From NCBI GenBank assembly GCA_963826715.1, contig CAWGYA010000007.1, positions 192,001 to 256,000 on the forward strand: a stretch of DNA of 64,000 nt. The letters run 5' to 3'. Origin of the DNA: Candidatus Bathyarchaeota archaeon. GTDB taxonomy: Archaea > Thermoproteota > Bathyarchaeia > Bathyarchaeales > Bathycorpusculaceae. The notes beneath the pieces are model-generated. The model searched no databases, was not told the DNA's origin, and saw only the letters and a program-made list of their open reading frames with translations. Shown here in pieces: positions 1 through 9,321 of the stretch; the first letter of the stretch is position 1, and every line of letters starts with the position of its first letter. The translations under genes and the position numbers were made by a program.

Positions 1-2
1 CC

Positions 3-1109
3 GCAGGAGACGAAATACAAAGATGGCTCTGCCGAGACTGTGGCTTACGTTTTAGCGATCCAATGGACCTCAAAAACTCATGGACCAATAAGGAAAGGGC
101 GCATCGGACCAATCAACCCAATGAATTAAAAACGGCACAGGGAATACTATACTCAAGCCAAATATGCGCAATCGAGGCGAAAAATTTGGATGCAGAACAA
201 CAGACCACTGGAGTTCTGCGGAGCAACAATCAAGCAGACATCAAAGGCAAAATCATTGAACACGCTTTCTGGATGCAAAAAGAAGGATACGCCGAAGCAA
301 CAATCTCACGCCGCATACGGTTCCTAAAAACAATGATGAACAAAGGAGCCAACCTAGCAGACCCCGAATCACTCAAAGAAATGATAGCCAGACAACAAAA
401 CTGGCAAGTCAAAACAAAAGACATCGCCGTCGAAACATACAGCCTCTTCCTAAAAATGCAAGGCTTAACCTGGAACCCACCAAAATTCAAAAGCGTCAAA
501 AAACTGCCATTTATCCCCACAGAGCAAGAAATCAACAGCCTAATCGCCGGCAGCAACAGAAAAACCGCAATTTTCCTACAGCTACTCAAAGAAACAGGAA
601 TACGATGCGGAGAAGCCTTCCTACTCAAATGGACCGACTTCAACTTCGAAAACAGAACCGTCGACATAACCCCCGAAAAAGGCAGCGAGCCAAGACAACT
701 ACCAATCTCAAGTCAGCTAATAGCAATGCTAAACAGCCTACCAAGAGACCACGAAAAACCCTACGGATGCAGCGAACGACATTTCGCAAGAGCCTTCCGC
801 CTACAAAGAAGCAGAGTAGCATTCAACCTCAAAAACGACCGCTTAAAGAAAATCCACTTCCACACCCTACGCCACTGGAAAGCCACCACTGAATACGCTA
901 AAACCAAAGACATCTTACACGTCATGAAAATACTCGGCCACAGAAACATCCAAAACACCCTACTCTACACACAGCTCATAACTTTCAAAAACGACGAATT
1001 CCACAGCGCAACCGCCAAAACCGTAGAAGACGCACAAAAGCTCGTTGAGGCAGGATTCGAATATGTATGCGACTTTGGAGAAGTAAAACTATTCAGGAAG
1101 CGAAAGTAA
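3..1109 (+). CDS. Tyrosine recombinase/integrase with N-terminal zinc-ribbon remnant, 5'-truncated by the window edge
   Basis: Catalytic motifs ETGIRCGE, TPEKG, HTLRH, LGH and LLYT are present. The frame is open upstream of ATG63 (AGDEIQRWLCRDCGLRFSD), so the true start is outside the window. Ends 50 nt from the tRNA-Pro 3' end. Confidence 0.9.
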   Translation, partial: AGDEIQRWLCRDCGLRFSDPMDLKNSWTNKERAHRTNQPNELKTAQGILYSSQICAIEAKNLDAEQQTTGVLRSNNQADIKGKIIEHAFWMQKEGYAEATISRRIRFLKTMMNKGANLADPESLKEMIARQQNWQVKTKDIAVETYSLFLKMQGLTWNPPKFKSVKKLPFIPTEQEINSLIAGSNRKTAIFLQLLKETGIRCGEAFLLKWTDFNFENRTVDITPEKGSEPRQLPISSQLIAMLNSLPRDHEKPYGCSERHFARAFRLQRSRVAFNLKNDRLKKIHFHTLRHWKATTEYAKTKDILHVMKILGHRNIQNTLLYTQLITFKNDEFHSATAKTVEDAQKLVEAGFEYVCDFGEVKLFRKRK

Positions 1110-1159
1110 AATGACAAAAAAATCGAACAAAATCATCGCCAATGGGGCCACTGGAAATG

Positions 1160-1238
1160 TGGTGGGGCCGCTGGGATTTGAACCCAGGATCGCTTGCACC
1201 CCAAGCAAGTATCCTAATCCATGCTAGACGACGGCCCC
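1160..1238 (-). tRNA. tRNA-Pro(GGG)
   Basis: Reverse complement GGGGCCGTCGTCTAGCATGG...CTTGC-TTGGGGT-GCAAG...GGTTCAAATCC...CGGCCCCACCA folds as a cloverleaf with encoded CCA. Confidence 0.95.
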
Positions 1239-1601
1239 GCGGGATACATGCTTTTCAAAGGAGCTAAAAGAAACACAGCAAGCAATCATAAAAACCTTAA
1301 CCTTTCTTTAAATCAACTCTAAGTGTGAAAACCGTAAAAAAGCAGAGTGAAGGAAAGTTTAAACAAATAAACAGCTCAACAAAGCGTCAATGGTGAGCTA
1401 AGATAGTTGGTACTTTCAATCCTCCGTTTGTAATTTGCTAAAATAGCTTATTCACTCTGGATTATAAGTAAAACTTGCTCTTCCATCATTTTTGTGATTT
1501 AATATAAAAATTATTACAAAATTTTACCCAGATTTAATGAAAGATATATTAAAGCAACGAATAATTTATAGAATGATCAAATTAGTTATGTGGGTGAATT
1601 T

Positions 1602-1889
1602 ATGATAAATTTCGAAGAACTTGTGGGTTTAGACATAGTAACTTCTGAAGCTCGGATCATTGGAAAAATTAAAGGCGCAAAAGTTGATACCGCGAATTGG
1701 GAGATAAAGTTTTTGAACGTAAGGCTTACTGGCGAGGCAGCTGAGAGTCTTGGTATGAAGAAGAGATTTAGAAGTTGTCAGATATGCATTCCAGTTGGTA
1801 TGGTTATAGCAGTTGCGCACGTGGTGACTATTTCACGTTCATTATCAGAGTTGGAGAGTTCTCAAGAAATCGCAGAATGCAAAGATTAA
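1602..1889 (+). CDS. PRC-barrel domain protein
   Basis: ELVGLDIVTSEARIIGKI...VDTANWEI...IPVGMV..V.HVVTI pattern, about 95 aa. Confidence 0.8.
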   Translation: MINFEELVGLDIVTSEARIIGKIKGAKVDTANWEIKFLNVRLTGEAAESLGMKKRFRSCQICIPVGMVIAVAHVVTISRSLSELESSQEIAECKD

Positions 1890-2033
1890 ACTCCGAAGCC
1901 TTTAAGTACTAAAATTCGACAGCATTTCCAACTCACTCTTAGTTGGACTGAAAATACTCTTCCAAAGGTACCTCCCTCACTTTGTATCTTGCCTTTTTTT
2001 AACCTAGGAAAAAGTGTTAACTGGAAAAGCAAA

Positions 2034-3053
2034 CTATGCTTCTGTGACTTTTGCATTTTTTAAAACATTAACGTTGCCAGTTCCCTTAGTTACGTAACCC
2101 ACTTCACAGTGACGGACTTTGTGTTTATCAAGTTCACTCTGCAAATTATCCGAATCTGCCTTCGCTACAGCCAAGAGGATACCACCCGCGGTTTCCTTCG
2201 CTTCACCCGATAGAAGTGGGTAACCGAAGAGGTCGGCAAGTTTAGGCGTGCCTGGAATTACCCAGAGGGTATCGATGACTATATCCACATTGCTTAGAAC
2301 CGCCATGTTGGCTGAGTGTCCCTTAAGCCCAAAGCCAGTGACATCCGTAGCGGCATGCACTCGAACCTTTTGCATTACCTCTGCAACAGGTTTGTTAGAG
2401 GTAATCATCCCCGATATAGCACCGCTAACAGCTACCTCTACCATATCCTCGGGAACATCAATCAAGAGTTCTTTGCCCTCCTCATCTTTGCGCAAACGAT
2501 AAGCAGCCATGGCGGGTGCAATTCCTAACGGTTTGGTAAGGAATAATTTATCGCCTACTTTGGCACCTTTCGTGTAAACGATTTTTTCGGGGTTACCTAT
2601 ACCTGTTGCTGCTCCACCAATAATGGGCCAGGGGTTGCGAATAGTATGCCCGCCCACAACAGGGGTGTCCATTTCTCTACAAAAGTCGCCAAAACCTTTG
2701 AGCATACCGACAGCGATTTCGCTGGGCATGTTTTCAGGAAAAGCCATTATTGTGAGGACAGAGGCAATTTTGGTGACTCCGAGTGTATAGATGTCGCTTG
2801 TGACGTTGCTGCCCGCAATACGCCCCTGAATTTCAGGTTCATCAACCATCGGAGTGAAAAAATCAAGCGAGTTTAAAACCGCTATTTCATCAGCGATTTT
2901 GATTACACTGCTATTTTCCCACGGACCAGCCAAAACGTCGGGTTTAAATTCTTGTGTTAAGCCTGCTTGGTCAAGTAATTCGCCAAGTTGATACTGCGGT
3001 AATTTGCAACTGCATCCATGAACGGGAACAGCTTTGGTTAATCTATAACTCAT
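2034..3053 (-). CDS. selD: Selenide, water dikinase (selenophosphate synthetase), Cys-type
   Basis: N-terminal RLTK...HGCSCK, plus DFFTPMVD, SDIY, GGHT, LTKPLG, ATDVTGFGLKGH and ETAGG motifs. Confidence 0.92.
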   Translation of the reverse strand: MSYRLTKAVPVHGCSCKLPQYQLGELLDQAGLTQEFKPDVLAGPWENSSVIKIADEIAVLNSLDFFTPMVDEPEIQGRIAGSNVTSDIYTLGVTKIASVLTIMAFPENMPSEIAVGMLKGFGDFCREMDTPVVGGHTIRNPWPIIGGAATGIGNPEKIVYTKGAKVGDKLFLTKPLGIAPAMAAYRLRKDEEGKELLIDVPEDMVEVAVSGAISGMITSNKPVAEVMQKVRVHAATDVTGFGLKGHSANMAVLSNVDIVIDTLWVIPGTPKLADLFGYPLLSGEAKETAGGILLAVAKADSDNLQSELDKHKVRHCEVGYVTKGTGNVNVLKNAKVTEA

Positions 3054-3132
3054 TTGGTTTTCCCCAATATGAAACATGTAGTTTTACATTATAAAACTTT
3101 TAAATTGCCCATACAGAAAGGAGGAGGAGCCA

Positions 3133-4425
3133 TCAGGCTTGCTTTTTGCCCTGGATTATTTCTAGGAAGGCCTCAATGCGGGTTTGAATTTGAGGGACGT
3201 CACCCATGGCGTAGTCAGTTTCGATTTTAAGCATTGGCAGCCCTTCTGCTTTTAACCCTCGCTCAACTTTAACGGCTTCCACATTGTAGTCATGGCAGTT
3301 TTGCAGGGTATAATATATTACCCCATCCGCCCTGAATTGTTTGGCAAGGTCAAGTACATTTTTTACTCGTCGATCGTTGGGGGTGAAGCATGCACAAGGA
3401 ATCTGGCTATACTTCTCAACAATAGCCCAAAGTAAATCATTTATTCCCTCACCCTTGGGCTCAACAAGTTCTGAGAAGTAACGAGTGCCAACACAGCTTT
3501 CTTCCACCACCACTGTAGCACCTGTTGCTTGCGCTATACTGTGGATTTTCCAGTTGGGAATCGCCATTGGGCAGCCTGAAATCATCAACCTTGGAGCATC
3601 TTTAGCCGCAATGCCGCTGCCGTTTTTGATGCGTTCTTCAAGTTCATCACAGAGCTCGTTAACTTTAGCGGTAAAGCGCACGGGATCATCGTTGAAACTA
3701 ATTTGGTTAATAAGTAAAGCATCTAATCCGCTGATGGGCGAGGGGCTGTTTGCCCGTAAATCGCTTAGGCGTTTTAGGGCTTTGCGTTTGCCATTGATTA
3801 ATCCAATGGCAGTTTTGAGTTTCTCGGCGGTTATTTTGTTTCCTGTAAGTTCCTCAAGCTTGGTTTTAAATGCTTCAAGCTCTTTGAACCAGAAATCTTT
3901 ACCCTGTTGCGAGTCGGGTTTGTGCGGTACTTCTATAACATAAGTTGGAATAAGCTCGTTTAGTAGCTCGTACACTTTCTTCTTACCATCGCAGGTGGTT
4001 TCACCAACAACGAGGTCGCTAGATTGAAAGTAGGGGCAAGTGCCATTGAGTTTGAAGCCATAAAAGGACTTTATTAGAGGACAGAGGTTTCGGGGTAGGA
4101 TGGCTTCAGCATCGGGAACCGAGAAATCTGCTCCGCCGCATAAACCCACCATTGACGCATCCGCAGCGTAAGCGAGTTCTTCTGGTGCGTAGATGCAGAA
4201 GGCACCGATGACTTTTTTACATTTTGCACGTTGGTCATTTAATTCTTTTATGCGTAAGCCGTGGATTTCGGAGACGACGAAGTCAAAATAATCCATTTTT
4301 TTGGGGCGATTTTTTTGGGCGAGGTAAATATCTGTATAAAACTGTCCTAGGGTGTTTAGGAGTACGTTGTGTTTTTCAATGTCGATTCCGATGCTCTTCC
4401 ACATTTCAACGTATTTTTCTGACAT
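3133..4425 (-). CDS. Double-cubane-cluster protein / 2-hydroxyacyl-CoA dehydratase (HgdD-like) family reductase
   Basis: FCIYAPEEL, GLCGG, LPRNLCPLIKS, CPYF, GETTCDGKKK, EESCVG, CACFTPN and KIETDY...TRIEAFLE motifs. Confidence 0.85.
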   Translation of the reverse strand: MSEKYVEMWKSIGIDIEKHNVLLNTLGQFYTDIYLAQKNRPKKMDYFDFVVSEIHGLRIKELNDQRAKCKKVIGAFCIYAPEELAYAADASMVGLCGGADFSVPDAEAILPRNLCPLIKSFYGFKLNGTCPYFQSSDLVVGETTCDGKKKVYELLNELIPTYVIEVPHKPDSQQGKDFWFKELEAFKTKLEELTGNKITAEKLKTAIGLINGKRKALKRLSDLRANSPSPISGLDALLINQISFNDDPVRFTAKVNELCDELEERIKNGSGIAAKDAPRLMISGCPMAIPNWKIHSIAQATGATVVVEESCVGTRYFSELVEPKGEGINDLLWAIVEKYSQIPCACFTPNDRRVKNVLDLAKQFRADGVIYYTLQNCHDYNVEAVKVERGLKAEGLPMLKIETDYAMGDVPQIQTRIEAFLEIIQGKKQA

Positions 4426-4509
4426 AGAGTTCACTTGGTGATGTTGAGAGATAGAAAATCAGTACTTATTAAAATTATTGATAATTAAAATTAAAAAAAA
4501 TAATAATGC

Positions 4510-4734
4510 CTACTGTTTTTTAATCAGCACCACAAACTCGGCGTTATCCTTATGCGCCTGCACTACCTCATGACCGTTATTCTTAACCCAGCGCTGAATA
4601 TTATCAAACTCCAATTCACCCTCACCAGTAACTTCCAAAAGCTCTCCAACAGCCAACTCTCCCAACCTACGTTTGGTGAGTGCCACAGGAATGGGGCACA
4701 TTTTACCTTTAACATCAAGCTTTTCAACGCTCAC
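4510..4734 (-). CDS. TusA/SirA-family sulfur (selenium) carrier
   Basis: LDVKGKMCPIP (CPxP) motif, 74 aa. Confidence 0.88.
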   Translation of the reverse strand: MSVEKLDVKGKMCPIPVALTKRRLGELAVGELLEVTGEGELEFDNIQRWVKNNGHEVVQAHKDNAEFVVLIKKQ

Positions 4735-4747
4735 GAAACCCGCTCTC

Positions 4748-5098
4748 CTAGAATGTTAGGACTTTATCGCTGATAGTTGTCCACTCAACCAGATCATGAA
4801 TGGTTGCAAGTTTAACGCCTTCAAAAAGGTCATCTTGGGTTAGCCCACGTGCTTCTGCGCAAACAGCGCATCCTTTTACTTCCACGCCGCCCTTGACCAG
4901 GTCTTCTAACATCTGACCATAGTTGGTCAAGCCCTGGGCAGGTTTTTGTCCTTTTTTAGCGAGGTAAACTCCATTTTCGAAGAGCCAGATTCTGACTTTG
5001 TGGCCTTCCAAGTCAGCGGTCCATGCGAATCGGAGGGCTGATAGAGCACGTTCTTTTGCGTAGGGGGACTCAAAAATTATCATGGTAAAATTCGCCAT
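4748..5098 (-). CDS. DsrE/TusD-family sulfur relay protein
   Basis: SPY, FENGVY, CAVCAEARG and C-terminal DKVLTF motifs. Confidence 0.88.
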   Translation of the reverse strand: MANFTMIIFESPYAKERALSALRFAWTADLEGHKVRIWLFENGVYLAKKGQKPAQGLTNYGQMLEDLVKGGVEVKGCAVCAEARGLTQDDLFEGVKLATIHDLVEWTTISDKVLTF

Positions 5099-5119
5099 GT
5101 ACAATCTAACTCTAAATTG

Positions 5120-5140
5120 TTCTAATAGCTCTTATTAGAA
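5120..5140. promoter_or_regulatory. Palindromic candidate operator between divergent dsrE and lysR
   Basis: Perfect 8-bp inverted repeat TTCTAATA-GCTCT-TATTAGAA, lying between a minus-strand TATA-like element (about 5146-5153) and the dsrE start. Confidence 0.5.
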
Positions 5141-5228
5141 AATCGAATATAAGGCTTATCTTTGCACAGAAACGGAATACAAATATAAACATACAAAGAA
5201 AACAATAAACGTGGGGATAGACAAGCGC

Positions 5229-6158
5229 ATGGAAACAATTCGTTTTGATTACTTAAACACTTTCTTAACTGTAGCTCGAACACATAGTTTCTCAATTGCG
5301 GCCAAAGAACTAAAAACAAGCCAAGGCACTGTCAGCCACCAAATAGCTGCGCTAGAAGAATGCTTCGGAGCAGAACTTTTCAAACGGACATCAGATGGCA
5401 CAGAGGTCACTGAAGCAGGTAACACCCTAAAAGAAGTCGCACAGCTAATCCTCCAAGAAATACAAACCGCTAAAGCCAAAATCTCCGCAGCCGAACACAC
5501 CCTCTCAGGAGTCATTCGCATAGTCGCAAGCACTATACCTGAAGAATACATAATACCCGGGCTAATCGCTGAATTCCAAAAGAATTTTGCTGACATCAAA
5601 TTCAAAATAACTGCACAAGACAGCTTAACCAGCCTAAAAGGTCTACAGAACAATATCTTTGACTTCGCAGCAGTGGGCACAAGACTTGGCTTCGAAGAAA
5701 AATTTGACTACATAGAAATAAGTGAAGAAAATTTGGTCCTCATCACAGCATGCAACCACCCTTTAGCCAAGCGCAAAACAATCAAACTCACTGAAATAAC
5801 AAATTACCCCTTCATTAACCGCGAAGAAACCTCAGGCACAAGAATAGAAATAGAGACACTTATGGAAAAAAATGATATCCAACACAGTATTCCTCAAGTT
5901 GCCTTTGAATTAGGCAGCACTGAATCCGTGGTAACAGCGGTTTCTGAGGGCAGAGGCGTTAGCATAATCTCTTCTATCGCCGCCGCAAAAGCCTCCGCGG
6001 CAGGATTGGTTAGAGTTGTAAATATTGAGGAATCCAAAGGCACACGCAAAATTTACATGGCAAGACCAAAAAGGGCACTGCTTAAACCATCTGAGGCATT
6101 TTGGGAGTTCTGTCGCAGTTACAAGTTCAAAAATCAAGCCATTATTTGCCCGATATAA
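5229..6158 (+). CDS. LysR-family transcriptional regulator (selenium-metabolism-associated/CysL-like)
   Basis: HTH SFSIAAKELKTSQGTVSHQIAALE; substrate domain ASTIPEEY, REETSGTR and LGSTESV. Confidence 0.9.
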   Translation: METIRFDYLNTFLTVARTHSFSIAAKELKTSQGTVSHQIAALEECFGAELFKRTSDGTEVTEAGNTLKEVAQLILQEIQTAKAKISAAEHTLSGVIRIVASTIPEEYIIPGLIAEFQKNFADIKFKITAQDSLTSLKGLQNNIFDFAAVGTRLGFEEKFDYIEISEENLVLITACNHPLAKRKTIKLTEITNYPFINREETSGTRIEIETLMEKNDIQHSIPQVAFELGSTESVVTAVSEGRGVSIISSIAAAKASAAGLVRVVNIEESKGTRKIYMARPKRALLKPSEAFWEFCRSYKFKNQAIICPI

Positions 6159-6236
6159 TTTTATTTTCATACCGATTTGCACAATTAACTTCTAGGAGAA
6201 TTTTGATAGAAGCCTGAAGAAAACAAAAATGACAAG

Positions 6237-6560
6237 TTAGAAGTCTTCTAATTTAACCCATATTTTACCGGATTCCACTTTGAAGGGAAAAGTAACAAGT
6301 ACATAATCCGGCGCCTCTTCATATTCTCCCGATTCAAGATTAAATCGCCAATCATGACAGGGGCACACGATTACATTGCCATCTAAGGTTCCTCCAGAGA
6401 AAGCACAGCCCATATGAGGGCATCGATCGTCGATGACATGAATTTTGCCGTTATGTTTGATGAAAAGCACAGGTGTACCTTCAATGCGGACAAGCTTCAT
6501 TTTGTCTTCTTCAAGCTCAGCCTCATCCAAAGCTGCAGCATATCCCTCATCATCCGACAT
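6237..6560 (-). CDS. Rieske [2Fe-2S] ferredoxin
   Basis: CPH and CPCHDWRF motifs. Confidence 0.9.
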   Translation of the reverse strand: MSDDEGYAAALDEAELEEDKMKLVRIEGTPVLFIKHNGKIHVIDDRCPHMGCAFSGGTLDGNVIVCPCHDWRFNLESGEYEEAPDYVLVTFPFKVESGKIWVKLEDF

Positions 6561-6707
6561 ACATAGTTACCCTTCTAAAGTTAATTTTCTATGTATTATA
6601 TTAAGATTTTAAAGTCGCCATTTTTGAAAAATGCTTTTTTTAGCGCTTAATTTTCACAACAAAAGATCTATTAGCAGTAAATTGTCACTCTAACGGGAGG
6701 ATACTAC

Positions 6708-8273
6708 GTGGATACATCCAAGCTCAACATCGGCAAGGCTAGACCTCTTATACTTATTGTTTTGGATGGTTGGGGGCTTCAGCGAAAAAAACTTGGAAAC
6801 GCCATAGCCCAAGCAAAACTTAAAGAAATCAATAGAATCTGGAACGAATATCCCCATACCGTCCTTAAGGCTTCAGATGGCGCCGTTGGGCTTCCCGAAG
6901 GCGTAATGGGAAACTCAGAGGTTGGTCACCTAAACTTGGGAGCTGGACGCGTAATCCCACAGGACCTAGTCAGAATAAACAAAGCCATCAAAGACAGCGA
7001 CTTCATGCATAGCTCAATCCTCAACAAATACCTGCAAGAAGCCAAAAAGGCTGGTCAAAATATACATTTTATGGGGCTATTATCTGACAGCGGAGTTCAC
7101 AGTGATATAAACCATTTATTTGCCTTGCTAACGCTTGCTAAGACTTTAGGCTGCTCAGAAAACGTCTGGATTCATTGTTTTCTTGATGGTAGAGACACTG
7201 CACCTAAAATAGCTGAAAAATACATAATCGCCCTAGAGAAAAAAATCGAAGGTTTGTCTGTTGGAAAAATTGCCAGCGTAATGGGGCGCTTCTATTCTAT
7301 GGATAGAGATTGCCGGTGGGATCGAACCGCCAAGGCATATTATGCCATAGCTTTAGGTAAAGGATTAAAAGCAAAATCCCCTCTGGAGGCTTTAGCACAA
7401 GCGTACCTGCGAAATGAAAACGATGAATTCGTTCAGCCAACAGTGATAGAGAATCATAAACTGAATTATAACGGGTTTAACGAAAAAGATTTAGTGGTAT
7501 TCTTTAATTTCCGCTCCGATAGGCCAAGACAGCTTGTCCAAAGTCTCTATGCAAAGGAATTTAACGCTTTTGACCGAGAACGTTTTTTTAAACCCCAAAT
7601 TGTCTGCATGACTCAATACGATAAAAAATTTAATCTACCCGTAGTTTTTCCACCTTTGCAGATAAAGAATGGTTTAGGGGAACTTCTCAGTGATCTTGGG
7701 TTGCGTCAGCTTCGAATAGCAGAGACAGAAAAATATGCCCACGTCACTTTCTTCTTTAACGGAGGCAGAGAAACTCCCTATAAGGGCGAGGACCGGGTTC
7801 TTGTTAATTCCCCTAAGGTTACAACATATAATTTGCAACCCCAAATGAGCGCTTACGAAGTAACAACGATTCTCATTGAGAAAATTAAATCAGAAATTTA
7901 TGATTTCATACTTGTTAACTATGCAAACCCCGACATGGTTTCACACACCGCTGATTTTCCAGCCACCATAAAAGCCCTTGAAGTAGTCGATGAATGCTTA
8001 GCAAAAGTTATCTCAGCTTCAGCTGAAGTTGGGGGTCTATGCATAGTAACTTCAGACCATGGACATGCTGAGCAGCTAATCGATTATAAAACGGGTGGTC
8101 CCTGGACAGCACACACATTGAATCCCGTGCCGTTTATTATAGTGACAGACGCAAAACTGAAGTTGCGTCAGGGTCAACTAGGCGATGTAGCCCCGACAGT
8201 TCTGGAATTAATGAATATTGCACAGCCAAAAGAAATGACTGGACGTTCCCTAATTAACAACTCTCCAACTTAG
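6708..8273 (+). CDS. gpmI: 2,3-bisphosphoglycerate-independent phosphoglycerate mutase (bacterial type)
   Basis: LDGWG, MGNSEVGH, DGRD, GRFYSMDRD, NFRSDR, AETEKYAHVTFFFNGG and SDHG motifs. Confidence 0.95.
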   Translation: MDTSKLNIGKARPLILIVLDGWGLQRKKLGNAIAQAKLKEINRIWNEYPHTVLKASDGAVGLPEGVMGNSEVGHLNLGAGRVIPQDLVRINKAIKDSDFMHSSILNKYLQEAKKAGQNIHFMGLLSDSGVHSDINHLFALLTLAKTLGCSENVWIHCFLDGRDTAPKIAEKYIIALEKKIEGLSVGKIASVMGRFYSMDRDCRWDRTAKAYYAIALGKGLKAKSPLEALAQAYLRNENDEFVQPTVIENHKLNYNGFNEKDLVVFFNFRSDRPRQLVQSLYAKEFNAFDRERFFKPQIVCMTQYDKKFNLPVVFPPLQIKNGLGELLSDLGLRQLRIAETEKYAHVTFFFNGGRETPYKGEDRVLVNSPKVTTYNLQPQMSAYEVTTILIEKIKSEIYDFILVNYANPDMVSHTADFPATIKALEVVDECLAKVISASAEVGGLCIVTSDHGHAEQLIDYKTGGPWTAHTLNPVPFIIVTDAKLKLRQGQLGDVAPTVLELMNIAQPKEMTGRSLINNSPT

Positions 8274-8299
8274 TGAAATAGTGCAGGACTAACGTTAGC

Positions 8300-9244
8300 T
8301 TAAGGTTTAAGCCCTAATATTTTTCTAATTTCATTTTGTGTTTGTTTAGGTTCACCGGTAGTGTTGACAAGGTATGCGTCGCACTGACTTAGAAGACGGC
8401 GGAAAAAGTTTGTGCGCAAAGCCATTTTGCGCTCATCACGCACCAGTTGGTGAGGATTGCAAAAGTTATTTTCGGAAAGATAAGTAATAGCTTGTTCTGT
8501 GCTAAGGGGCGTAATAATGTTTTGGTCTGAAGGATCTCGCTTAAGCATTATAATCTTATGAAGAGTTGTCATGGGTACAACTCCTCCCGCGCCAACTATC
8601 CAACGGATATTTACGATTGCTCTGCCACGGTTGTCAAACAGAGTCTTATCTACCAACCGCTCATACTCATTCCAGATTTTACCGATATCTGCTTGTATGT
8701 AGGTGTTCTTCTCTGAACCAAATGCCAACGGTTCTCGAGTGCTGAGACGCACAAAGTACCAATCATCACTAATCAGACGTGCAGTGGGGATTCGAAGTAA
8801 CCCCCAGGAATGAGTGGTTTTGCCTGTGCCCGACGGCGCAATTATAGATACACCAAGACAACCCACGTCTATAGCTGCGCCGTGTACCGAATAGATATGG
8901 TGCTCATCCTCTAAAACGTCTCCTGCAACTGAGAGTGCGATACTTTTTATCCATCCGTAATAGTTCAGGTTAATGAGGAACGCAGTTTTAGTATAGGCAT
9001 CATACTTGACGCTTAAGGGTTGATTGGGTTCAGAGAGGACGATAAGGCGTCCATGAGAGCGAGTATTTTCGTTTGCTGTATAGAAATTATCTTCCCATTT
9101 ATCTTTGGTTTCAATTGAGTCAGTCAAAAGTTTGACGCAACAGCCATAAATATCGGCTTTATTGGCGTACAATAAACGCGGTTCATAAGTTTCGTAGAGA
9201 GCATCTTTCTCTTTAGAATCGATTAATTGTACAGTATAGCTCAT
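8300..9244 (-). CDS. HPr-kinase/PEPCK-like P-loop protein of unknown function
   Basis: VHGAAI...APSGTGKTT Walker A and LISDDW motif. Confidence 0.65.
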   Translation of the reverse strand: MSYTVQLIDSKEKDALYETYEPRLLYANKADIYGCCVKLLTDSIETKDKWEDNFYTANENTRSHGRLIVLSEPNQPLSVKYDAYTKTAFLINLNYYGWIKSIALSVAGDVLEDEHHIYSVHGAAIDVGCLGVSIIAPSGTGKTTHSWGLLRIPTARLISDDWYFVRLSTREPLAFGSEKNTYIQADIGKIWNEYERLVDKTLFDNRGRAIVNIRWIVGAGGVVPMTTLHKIIMLKRDPSDQNIITPLSTEQAITYLSENNFCNPHQLVRDERKMALRTNFFRRLLSQCDAYLVNTTGEPKQTQNEIRKILGLKP

Positions 9245-9321
9245 TTGGCTTTCTCCAAATCTATAGATACTTGAAATGAAAAGAGAAGGATAAGGATTCC
9301 GTGCGAATAGGTTACTGGCAT

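Larger units (their letters stand above)
1..1238. mobile_element. Right end of a probable integrated element (integrase abutting tRNA-Pro 3' end)
   Basis: Intact integrase convergent on a tRNA 3' end. The second att site would lie outside the window. Confidence 0.55.

Noticed and set aside
2034-5098. Selenoproteins with UGA read-through in the selD cluster
   Set aside because: All catalytic positions are Cys codons and the frames are full length with no internal TGA.
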